Shown: one piece after another, positions 23,294 through 30,999 of the stretch | Position numbering within the stretch: the first letter of the stretch is position 1 | How the letters are laid out: each line of letters begins with the position of its first letter | Source of the DNA: Halomicrobium mukohataei DSM 12286 | GTDB taxonomy: Archaea > Halobacteriota > Halobacteria > Halobacteriales > Haloarculaceae | Length of the DNA: 32,000 nucleotides | Assembly: GCF_000023965.1 (NCBI RefSeq) | Contig: NC_013202.1 | Span: 570,001-602,000 of the forward strand | Direction of reading: 5' to 3' | Notes under the pieces: generated by a model | The model's database searches: none | Seen by the model: only the letters and a program-made list of their open reading frames with translations | Told to the model about the DNA's origin: nothing | Translations under genes and position numbers: made by a program

Positions 23294-23310
23294 AATCCGG
23301 GAGGCGGCAT
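23294..23310 (+). repeat. direct repeat of the tRNA-Phe 3' end (att-like); partner copy at 23177-23193
   Basis: AATCCGGGAGGCGGCAT is identical (17/17) at 23177-23193 and 23294-23310. Similarity extends 5' (GTTCA-AATCC vs GTTCACAATCC) with a 1-nt indel. Confidence 0.6.
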
Positions 23311-23482
23311 ACCCTTCTCGGTTTACATGCCGGAACGACATTCCCCCTTAGCCGGGGGTCTGTCCGGGGGTGGTCAGCGTGACCGATTCCGACCCCGTAG
23401 AACGCGACGACGGAGTCGATTCTCCCGACGCGAACCTCAGGGAAGAGAGCCTCGAAACTACGGTCAGGCGCTGTCTGCACGG

Positions 23483-24859
23483 ATGGACGCACTCTCGAAG
23501 CAAGTCTCGGGGCTCCGCGAGGAACGACACGACGAGCGAGAGCAACGAGACGAGTTAGAGGACGAGCTGGACGCGCGCGACGAGCGAGTCGACGAACTCG
23601 AAGCGGAAGTCGCGCGACTGGACGCACGAGCGGTGGTGAAAGAGGAGAGCGACTACGACGATGTCGACGCCGACGAGCACCGCAAGGAGATCGAAGCCAT
23701 CGCGCTGCAGCTCTTCGGCGGCTGGGCACACGAGTATCCCGACGGAAGCCGCGACCGCGGCGACTGGCACATGCTCCTACTCGGGGACCCCGGCTGTGGG
23801 AAGTCCACGTTCCTCCGCTACGTCGATCAGATCGCACCGCGGTCGACCTACGCCTCGGGGAAGGGTGCGACGGCGGCAGGCATGACCGCGGCGGCGGTCG
23901 CTGACGACTTCGGAGATACAGAATGGGGGCTGGAAGCCGGTGCGCTGGTGCTGGCCGACGGCGGGATCGCCTGCGTCGACGAGATCGACAAGATGCAGTC
24001 CGATGCAGTGTCCTCGATGCACGACGCTCTGGAGAGCCAGCAGGTCCACGTCAACAAGGCGGGGATCAACGCCACGCTGAACGCTCGCACCTCGTTACTG
24101 GCGGCAGGGAACCCGAAGAACGGCCGCTTCGAGCGCTACCGTCCGAAGGGCGAACAGATCGACATGGGGCCGACGCTCCTCTCCCGGTTCGACCTGATGT
24201 TCATGATGTCCGATCAGCCCGATCGGGAAGACGACGCCGAAGTCGTCGAGTACATGCTCCAGAGTCGGCAGGCTGCCGGTCGGCATACCCGTGGGGAGGA
24301 GCTGAGTGACGAGGAACAGCAACGGGTCGAACCGGCGATCGATCGAGCGGTGATGCGGGCCTACGTTGCTTACGCCAAGCAGACCTGCCGTCCGATCATC
24401 GAGGATGAGGAGGTTGCGGAGCGACTGAAGCAGTTCTTTGTCGAGTTCCGAGCGAGTGCTGGTGAACAAGATGACGATTCGCCGATTCCGCTGACGTTCA
24501 GGAAGGTCGAGGCCATACAGCGGCTGGCAGAGTCCAGTGCACGGGTTCGGCTTTCGGATATCGTGGAGATTGAGGATGTAGAGAGGGCAATTATGCTTGT
24601 GACGAAGTCGATGAAGCAGGTGGGGTACAATCCTGAGGAAGGTGAGTTTGATGCAGATATTATCGAGACAGGACAGTCGAAAAGTCAACGAGAACGGCGT
24701 GAGACAATTCTGGCTATTGTAGAGGAACTGGATGGGGCGACAGTGGAAGAGATTGCTCAGAGAGTGGAATTCGACCAACAGTTACTCAAGCACGATATTG
24801 AAATTCTGAAGGAGGCGGGAAGGATTCATCTAATGGACGGCAAGTTCCGGAAAGCGTAG
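23483..24859 (+). CDS. MCM-family AAA+ ATPase with C-terminal winged helix, lacking the MCM N-terminal (OB-fold/Zn-finger) domain; a short coiled coil precedes the ATPase (458 aa from ATG 23483)
   Basis: Walker A LLLGDPGCGKST, Walker B GIACVDEIDKM, sensor-1 LLAAGNP, Arg finger SRFDL, and GLEAGALVLADGG (MCM-specific). The C-terminal ILAIVEELDGATVEEIAQRV...EAGRIHLMDGKFRKA segment is wHTH-like. The N-terminus MDALSKQVSGLREERHDEREQRDELEDELDARDERVDELEAEVARLDA is coiled-coil-like. The listed ORF start at 23216 is Arg/Gly-rich and runs over the att repeat. Confidence 0.8.
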   Translation: MDALSKQVSGLREERHDEREQRDELEDELDARDERVDELEAEVARLDARAVVKEESDYDDVDADEHRKEIEAIALQLFGGWAHEYPDGSRDRGDWHMLLLGDPGCGKSTFLRYVDQIAPRSTYASGKGATAAGMTAAAVADDFGDTEWGLEAGALVLADGGIACVDEIDKMQSDAVSSMHDALESQQVHVNKAGINATLNARTSLLAAGNPKNGRFERYRPKGEQIDMGPTLLSRFDLMFMMSDQPDREDDAEVVEYMLQSRQAAGRHTRGEELSDEEQQRVEPAIDRAVMRAYVAYAKQTCRPIIEDEEVAERLKQFFVEFRASAGEQDDDSPIPLTFRKVEAIQRLAESSARVRLSDIVEIEDVERAIMLVTKSMKQVGYNPEEGEFDADIIETGQSKSQRERRETILAIVEELDGATVEEIAQRVEFDQQLLKHDIEILKEAGRIHLMDGKFRKA

Positions 24860-24891
24860 CAGGCAGTGTGATCGTACTATATCTGAGTTCC

Positions 24892-24897
24892 TTTTTT
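24892..24897 (+). terminator. oligo-T tract downstream of the MCM-like gene
   Basis: CCTTTTTTATT lies about 35 nt after the TAG stop. Oligo-T is the established archaeal intrinsic termination signal. Confidence 0.4.
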
Positions 24898-24935
24898 ATT
24901 GTGTCTTGGAATAGATCGCAGGGTGATAAGTTCTC

Positions 24936-24948
24936 TTAAGTATTATAT
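24936..24948 (+). promoter_or_regulatory. TATA box for the 619-aa ORF
   Basis: TTAAGTATTATAT is centred about 28 nt upstream of ATG 24972, spacing expected for a leaderless or very short-leader haloarchaeal mRNA. Confidence 0.45.
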
Positions 24949-24971
24949 GCGGTGTCCAATGTTTAGGAGAT

Positions 24972-26831
24972 ATGGAGCATAATTACGAACCAGTCAAACT
25001 AAAACGGATAGGTACAGGATCAAGTTTTCAATCAAGATATGACCTGACCCGGAATCGATTATCTAATAATAATATTGATTCTTTACAAGATGCTGTCGAA
25101 AAGTTGCGCAAGACTATCTCAAAAGCCGGATCATTAAATATCATAAAGGAATTGTCATTACACGAAACGATTCGTTCTGCGATATTGCATTCTCTAAATA
25201 TTGACACTGGAATCCCGCCAGCAATGGTGGAGTACCTGTTTGGCGTTTGTACAACTATCGAACCGACTTCAGGTAACACTGATATTGGGTTCTATGATGT
25301 TATAGATGCGCTCTCGCTTGTGGAGGATAGGCTTCGGTTTGAAAATTTGAAAAATCTGGATGATGCAGAGACAATCGAAGAAAAGCAACAATCATTTATA
25401 CAAATCCAATTGATGGAAAAAGAAATATCTACGGGTCCATTTGTACATGGTCGGCAAAGACGAGAATATGCTCGGAGAGTTCTGGGGAAGTGCGATAATT
25501 ATATTGTGGATATATTAGACATATCTGTGACAGACTCTATTCTGTCTGCCGATCTCTTGGGAGAAGTAATGGGGCAGCATATTCAGCAAACAATCCTACA
25601 GGCTCTACAAGGACTAATTCAAAAAGGAGCTCAATCAGACATCATCTCTCATTCTGAGGTTCTTAGTAAGCAAAAACCAGATAAAGAATTATTCCGTCTT
25701 GTATTGGAATACGATAGACAGAGGTTAGATCCAATCAATAATTCCGATGGCTTTTCTGAAGAGAAGGATGTCCTATTTGGTAATTTATCGTCCCATGTCA
25801 AAAAAGTAGGTATCGAAAAAGAAGCTGTGAAGCAAGCGCTGAATTCTAGTACAGTGCCATATGACACTTTCTTGGAAGAATTTGGAATATCGATTGGAGA
25901 ATACAAGAGTGATCCGGCAGATTTATCTGGTTCCATTAATAAATTTGATTATCCTTTTGACCATAATCCGTTACATGAATATCCAATTCTTGTTGATCGA
26001 GAGGGAAAAATATATCATGGACCTTCAAATTCGTTGTATTATTCTCTCTCAACAAGGCCCTATTACGAGCTTTTAGATTCAGAATATAAAGATGAAGCGG
26101 ATGAACTGATAGGGGAAGGGAACGAAATCTGGGTTCTTGAATGTCTGGACAGAATCTCAGACGAAAATGTGGAAATAATCCATAGTGCCGAATACGATTA
26201 CAAAGATGGAGAATCAGATTTTGTCTTGATATACGATGATACTTTAGTTGTACTTGAGTGTAAGACTAGAGGTCCAAAATTGGAGACAAGGAAAGGCCCA
26301 TTCGGGGATTTTAATGAGATTCAAGCAAATCTCTCAGATATTATTTCTGGTCCATATGAGCAGGCTACGAAACTGATTAATGCGATTCGAGAAGGTGAAA
26401 TAGACGAAATCAAAACTGGCTATGGGACAAGACAGTTGTCGGATGATGATTTTGACTCATATATTCCCGGAGTGATCTTAGCCCGTTCTCTCAACGCAGT
26501 TGGAACTACATTATACCCCGACGCTGTAGAGTTCAATAATGAGCTTCCATTTGTCACTGATTTATACAGTTTTCAAACAATATGTCGGCATGTCCAAGGG
26601 AGCAGTGGATTTTTGGATTATCTCGAACGTCGAGTGGCCGTAGCAGAGCAGGGACGGGTGTTTAGCGTAGACGAACTGGACTACGTCGGTGCATACCTTG
26701 ATAGCAATCTTTCATTTCCTGAGGCACCATCAGAATGCCTGATCGATATTATCGATTCAGGTAGTCATCTCGACCGGACTTACGAATCGGATATCGATGG
26801 GCTACCCAATGAAGATATTCCTCGCCTTTAA
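24972..26831 (+). CDS. low-GC orphan protein (619 aa) with a C-terminal PD-(D/E)xK nuclease-fold signature
   Basis: It is the only long ORF in the AT-rich segment and has an acidic, haloadapted composition. The motif string is E385 (GNEIWVLE) ... D416 (GESDFVLIY) ... E429-C-K431 (LVVLECKTR) ... Q (EIQ / YEQATK), codons at 26124, 26217 and 26256-26264. The N-terminal ~370 aa are helical and unrecognised. Confidence 0.8.
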   Translation: MEHNYEPVKLKRIGTGSSFQSRYDLTRNRLSNNNIDSLQDAVEKLRKTISKAGSLNIIKELSLHETIRSAILHSLNIDTGIPPAMVEYLFGVCTTIEPTSGNTDIGFYDVIDALSLVEDRLRFENLKNLDDAETIEEKQQSFIQIQLMEKEISTGPFVHGRQRREYARRVLGKCDNYIVDILDISVTDSILSADLLGEVMGQHIQQTILQALQGLIQKGAQSDIISHSEVLSKQKPDKELFRLVLEYDRQRLDPINNSDGFSEEKDVLFGNLSSHVKKVGIEKEAVKQALNSSTVPYDTFLEEFGISIGEYKSDPADLSGSINKFDYPFDHNPLHEYPILVDREGKIYHGPSNSLYYSLSTRPYYELLDSEYKDEADELIGEGNEIWVLECLDRISDENVEIIHSAEYDYKDGESDFVLIYDDTLVVLECKTRGPKLETRKGPFGDFNEIQANLSDIISGPYEQATKLINAIREGEIDEIKTGYGTRQLSDDDFDSYIPGVILARSLNAVGTTLYPDAVEFNNELPFVTDLYSFQTICRHVQGSSGFLDYLERRVAVAEQGRVFSVDELDYVGAYLDSNLSFPEAPSECLIDIIDSGSHLDRTYESDIDGLPNEDIPRL

Positions 26832-27063
26832 ACGTCGATATTAGTACTGCAGTTTTGTCCCAGTTCATCAAGAACCACGACACGCGACCTGCCATATCGC
26901 GATAGAGCCCCTCCCTCGAACCCAGACGGTGATTGCTGCTGTCGCAGTGCGTACTGCGAGCGATCCATCCGGTCAAACGCATCGGTTCCGCGCACGTCGG
27001 CGGTCCTACGACCGCCGGCCACGAGCGAAGTTTGTATGACGGACGGCCGAAAAGGGACGCGTA

Positions 27064-28437
27064 ATGGGATCGCCGAACGTCTTGCTCGTCGTGCTCGATG
27101 CGACCAGGAAGGACCACCTCTCGTGTTACGGTTACGACCGGCCGACGACGCCGGAGCTGGACGCGGTGGCCCAGGCCGGGACCCGCTACGAGCAGGCGAT
27201 CGCGCCGGCACCGTGGACGCCGCCCTCCCACGCGTCGATGTTCACGGGTCGATATCCGTCCGGGCACGGGAGTTTCGGCACGCAGCCGCTGGGAGAGTAC
27301 GACGGGGCGACCGTCGCCGAGTTGCTCTCGGCGGCGGGGTACGCGACGTTCGGGTTCAGCAACTCCCACCACACCAGCATCGAGCAGGAGTTCGACCGCG
27401 GATTCGACTACTACCACGACATCCTCGCGTTGCCGCGGTTCATGGACACGATGTACGAGCCCAGCCTGGATTTCCTCCGGTTTCTCCCGCGGTACTTCCG
27501 GGACGGCTACGACATCTCGGACTTCCAGCGGCGCAAGCTCGAAACGCAGGTTCGGCGAGCCGACGGCCCCTTCTTCGGGTTCATCAACTTCAACGCGACA
27601 CACGCGCCCTACAGGCCACCCGAGGAGTTCAGAGCGCCGTTCGAGGAGCGCTTCGACGACTGGGACGCGGTCGACGAGACGGCGGCCCGGAAGGTCGGCG
27701 ACGACGAGGGATACGAGTACATCCTGGGCGACGTGACGATGTCGCCGACCGAGTGGGAGCTCGTGGAGTGCTGGTACGACGCCGAGATCAGGTACGTGGA
27801 CGCGCTGCTGGGCGAGCTGTTCGACTGTCTGCGACGGCAGGGGGTCTACGACGACACGCTCGTCGTCGTCACCGCGGACCACGGCGAGCACTTCGGCGAG
27901 CACGGGCTGGCCTACCACCAGTTTTCGCTGTTCGAGGAGCTGCTCAACGTCCCGCTGCTGGTCAAGTGGCCCGAGGGCGACCGGCCGTCGCCGGCTCCCG
28001 GGACGGTGTCGGACCGGCTCGTGTCGCTGGTCGATCTCGTCCCGACGATCTGTGAGTGGGCCGGCGTCGCGGTGCCAGACGAGGTCGACGGCCGGGCACT
28101 GACCGGCGACGACGACCGCGACGCGGTCTTCGCGGAGTACGACCGGCCGTATCCGCCGCTGCGCGAGCGGCTCCAGCAGTACGACAGCTTCGAAGCCTAC
28201 GACAGGGGCTTGCAGGCGGTCCGGACCGAGACGCACAAGCTGATCCGACCGACAGTCGGCGAAGCGACGCTGTATCGCCTGACCGGCGACGGCGAGGTCG
28301 AGGTCTCCGACGACGAGCGCGAGGCGGCACTGGCCCAGCGTCTGGACGAGACGCTCGAACCGCTCCCCGATACGAGTCGAACCACGGAGCTGGACGATCA
28401 CGTCAGCGATCACCTGGAGAAGATGGGGTACCTGTGA
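27064..28437 (+). CDS. sulfatase-family (alkaline-phosphatase superfamily) protein
   Basis: N-terminal metal-ligand motif LLVVLDATRKDHL, active-site region WTPPSHASMFTGRYP, and later TADHGEHFGEHG. 457 aa with no signal peptide. Confidence 0.85.
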   Translation: MGSPNVLLVVLDATRKDHLSCYGYDRPTTPELDAVAQAGTRYEQAIAPAPWTPPSHASMFTGRYPSGHGSFGTQPLGEYDGATVAELLSAAGYATFGFSNSHHTSIEQEFDRGFDYYHDILALPRFMDTMYEPSLDFLRFLPRYFRDGYDISDFQRRKLETQVRRADGPFFGFINFNATHAPYRPPEEFRAPFEERFDDWDAVDETAARKVGDDEGYEYILGDVTMSPTEWELVECWYDAEIRYVDALLGELFDCLRRQGVYDDTLVVVTADHGEHFGEHGLAYHQFSLFEELLNVPLLVKWPEGDRPSPAPGTVSDRLVSLVDLVPTICEWAGVAVPDEVDGRALTGDDDRDAVFAEYDRPYPPLRERLQQYDSFEAYDRGLQAVRTETHKLIRPTVGEATLYRLTGDGEVEVSDDEREAALAQRLDETLEPLPDTSRTTELDDHVSDHLEKMGYL

Positions 28438-28449
28438 GGGCGGGCGGTG

Positions 28450-28962
28450 TCAGTAGTCCCGGACCGCGGCGACGATCCCCGCGGTCTGGCCGACGCCAGC
28501 GACGGCGAGGCCGGCGACCAGCACCAGGGGATCACCGCTCACGACGGTCCCCGCGACGTAGACGATCGCGCCGAGAACGCTCAGGACCGCACCGCCCGTG
28601 TACGCCAGCGGCGAGCGGTCGACGTGGCGGCCCGTGTAGGCCAGTCCGGCGGCGGGGACGAGCAGCCAGCCGACGACGGTGAGCCACAGCAGCGACGACG
28701 CGGGCGGCGTCTGCAAGAGACCGGTCGTCCCGAGTAGAGTGAGCGCGAGCCCGACGAGCAAGACGAGTCGCCACGCGCGCAAGACGCCGCGGCGCATCTC
28801 CGACCACGAGAGCACGGTGAAGGCGACGAGGACGGCGTCCATCACCAGGTGAGCGATCAGGACCGTCCGAAGCGCCAGCACGTCCAGATGTGCGGCGATC
28901 GCGAACGTCCAGGCCAGCGGCACGAGGACGACGGGACCGTTCTCGCGGAGGCGACGAAGCAT
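28450..28962 (-). CDS. hypothetical integral membrane protein (170 aa from ATG 28962)
   Basis: Five to six hydrophobic helices. The listed upstream extension to 29055 overlaps the divergent oxidoreductase start. Confidence 0.5.
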   Translation of the reverse strand: MLRRLRENGPVVLVPLAWTFAIAAHLDVLALRTVLIAHLVMDAVLVAFTVLSWSEMRRGVLRAWRLVLLVGLALTLLGTTGLLQTPPASSLLWLTVVGWLLVPAAGLAYTGRHVDRSPLAYTGGAVLSVLGAIVYVAGTVVSGDPLVLVAGLAVAGVGQTAGIVAAVRDY

Positions 28963-29048
28963 ACAGAGTGTATTGTGACCGTCCCACAAGAACGTGGTGT
29001 GACACCGGCGCGCACAATCCTTTTGCCGTCCCGCACTGATGATCGAGT

Positions 29049-30083
29049 ATGACATACCGGGTCGTCGGCGCGAACTTCGACCAGATGCACATGAACACGA
29101 ATCTCGGCTGGGCCCACGACCACCCCGAGATGGAGGTCGTCGCCGTCTGCGACGAGGAGCCGGAGACTTCGACCGGCTCCGTTGAGACGGCCGTCGAAGA
29201 GTGCGGGCTCACCGGGGACGACGTCTACGACGATCTGGAGCGGTGTCTCGAAGCGACGGCACCGGACGTGGTGTTTGGCTGCCCGCGCAACTCGAAACAC
29301 GCCGCGTTCGTCGAGCGGGTCGCGGCCTACGACGTACACCTCGCCATCGAGAAGCCAATGGCCGTCACCCTCGCCGACGCCGACCGGATGCTCGACGCGA
29401 TGGCCGACACGGACCGGCGCTTCGTCGTCAACTGGCCGGTGATGTGGGACCCCGTGAAACACACCGTCGAGGAGCTCGTCGCCAGTGGCACCGTCGGCGA
29501 CGTGATCGAGGTCCAGTACTACGGGGGCAACGCTGGCGCGCCCCCGGACGACAGCTGGTTCTACGATCCCGAGGACGGCGGCGGATCGATGCTCGACTAC
29601 CTCGGCTACGGTGCGACGTTCTCGACGTGGTTTCGCGGCGGAGAGCTCCCCGAGTCGGTGACCGCCGAGCGGTACGTCCCGGAGGGGATGGACGTCGACG
29701 TACAGAGCTCGACGATCTGCCGGTACGAGGAGGGGCTGTCGACGCTCCAGACCTCTTGGCGGCTGCTCACCAACCCCTGGGAGATCCAGCCCCAGCCGGT
29801 GAAGGGGTACGAGATCGTCGGGACCGAGGGGACCGTCAGCACGCGCCACCCCGACGCGGCGATCCGCGTGACGACCGCAGACCGGCCCAAGGGGTACACC
29901 GTCGAGCCGGATCCGCTGCCCGACCGCTTCGAGAACCTGGCGACCTACCTCGTGGACCTGATCGAGACCGACCGGGAGCCGGAGGGGCCGGCCGATCCCG
30001 CCTTCTGCCGGGCGGCCCATCGGATCATCGAGACGGCACGGCGGAGCGCAGAGCGAGGCGAGCGACTCGACCTGGTGGAGTGA
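29049..30083 (+). CDS. Gfo/Idh/MocA family oxidoreductase
   Basis: 344 aa with the EKPMA motif (LAIEKPMAVT). The N-terminal Rossmann region (YRVVGANFDQMH) is degenerate in the GxGxxG motif. Confidence 0.8.
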   Translation: MTYRVVGANFDQMHMNTNLGWAHDHPEMEVVAVCDEEPETSTGSVETAVEECGLTGDDVYDDLERCLEATAPDVVFGCPRNSKHAAFVERVAAYDVHLAIEKPMAVTLADADRMLDAMADTDRRFVVNWPVMWDPVKHTVEELVASGTVGDVIEVQYYGGNAGAPPDDSWFYDPEDGGGSMLDYLGYGATFSTWFRGGELPESVTAERYVPEGMDVDVQSSTICRYEEGLSTLQTSWRLLTNPWEIQPQPVKGYEIVGTEGTVSTRHPDAAIRVTTADRPKGYTVEPDPLPDRFENLATYLVDLIETDREPEGPADPAFCRAAHRIIETARRSAERGERLDLVE

Positions 30084-30097
30084 CGCCGAGACCGACG

Positions 30098-30442
30098 TTA
30101 CTGGAGGTTCACGGTCAGCAGCCACGCCTGCCCGAAGGCGAGCGCGCCGAGCACGAGGTGGACGAGCGCCTCGTAGTATCGCGGACGGACGGCAGCCTCT
30201 AGATCGAGGAGGAGGCGGGTGGATCGAAGGCAGAGGTAGGCCGTGACCGACAGTGCGGGGAGCAGGGTCAGGCCGAGCAGCCGCGGGCCGCGGGTGACCG
30301 AGAGTTCGCCGTCGAGGCCGAAGTGCCAGCCGACGATCATCGTCTCCGGGAGCGACGGAGCCAGCAGGAAACCCGACGCGACCGTCGCGAGGACCAGTGC
30401 GAGCGACGTGAGCTCGGGGAGGGCGCGCCGAGAGACAGTCAC
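30098..30442 (-). CDS. small membrane protein, DUF1648-like
   Basis: GTG start. Three TM helices and an LPETMIVGWHFGLDGE motif resembling the DUF1648 P..hW...G pattern. Confidence 0.5.
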   Translation of the reverse strand: MTVSRRALPELTSLALVLATVASGFLLAPSLPETMIVGWHFGLDGELSVTRGPRLLGLTLLPALSVTAYLCLRSTRLLLDLEAAVRPRYYEALVHLVLGALAFGQAWLLTVNLQ

Positions 30443-30654
30443 GGCTCGCTCACGACCGTTGGGTCGGCGCTGGCGGGGTCCCGGATCGACGGTGCCGTTC
30501 GAGGCTTCGTGTCGGCCGAGTGTCGATCGACGATGGTGGTGTCTGGCATCGGTAGGTCACACTGAGTCCGTCGGGAGTATAGGGACGCGACCAGTGCTTC
30601 ACGCGCTGAAGCACCGGGAACCTTTTTACGGTCCACTCGTGCGTACCGACAGTC

Positions 30655-30999
30655 GTGAGTGAGGAGCCCGACGTCGGGACCGTCGCGGGGCTGCTCGAAG
30701 ACGAGACAGCGCGGCGTATCCTCACGCAAACCAGCCAGGAACCCATGTCAGCGAGTACCCTCGAACAGCGGTGTGACGCGTCAGGACCGACGATCTACCG
30801 TCGGCTCGAACAGCTCGAAGCGTCCGACCTGATCGTCGGACAGACCCGGCCCGATCCCGAAGGGGGCCACCATCGGACGGTGTACGAGCCGAACGTCCGG
30901 AGCGTGACCGTGGAGCTGGTCGAGGGGGAACTGGAACTGTCGATCGACCGTCGGGAGAACATGGCCGACCGGCTCACGCGGTTCGTGGAGGAGATCTAG
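30655..30999 (+). CDS. winged-helix (ArsR/PadR-like) transcriptional regulator
   Basis: GTG start. LLEDETARRILTQTSQEPMSASTLEQRCDASGPTIYRRLEQLEASDLIV forms a classical wHTH. The stop TAG abuts the next ATG (TAGATG). Confidence 0.7.
   Translation: MSEEPDVGTVAGLLEDETARRILTQTSQEPMSASTLEQRCDASGPTIYRRLEQLEASDLIVGQTRPDPEGGHHRTVYEPNVRSVTVELVEGELELSIDRRENMADRLTRFVEEI

Larger units (their letters stand above)
23193..27060. mobile_element. tRNA-Phe-associated genomic island / remnant of an integrated element (boundaries approximate; no integrase present)
   Basis: An att-like tRNA 3'-end duplication lies at the left edge. An MCM-type gene is typical of haloarchaeal proviruses and plasmids. GC drops sharply: 60-nt lines I counted at 25021 and 25981 are 30% and 33% GC, against 73% for line 27121 in the flanking sulfatase gene. 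High GC returns after about 26900. Confidence 0.5.

Noticed and set aside
23216-23482. Upstream part of the listed 547-aa MCM ORF (start at 23216)
   Set aside because: This segment is Gly/Arg/Ser-rich, runs across the att-like repeat and hairpins, and has no MCM N-terminal-domain features. ATG 23483 is the conservative start; a frameshifted start at 23370 is possible.
24095-24778. 227-aa minus-strand ORF, plus short ORFs at 25028-25279, 25649-25936 and 25861-26076 inside the island
   Set aside because: They lie antisense or off-frame to the MCM-like gene and the 619-aa ORF. The translations are hydrophobic or low-complexity with no motifs, and the sense-strand genes have strong signatures or far greater length.
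26832-27063. Search for the right-hand att copy or an integrase remnant at the distal edge of the island
   Set aside because: No copy of AATCCGGGAGGCGGCA or an extended tRNA-like sequence is present, and no ORF with recombinase-like motifs. Only small hairpins (for example 26999-27016) were found. The right boundary therefore rests on composition alone.
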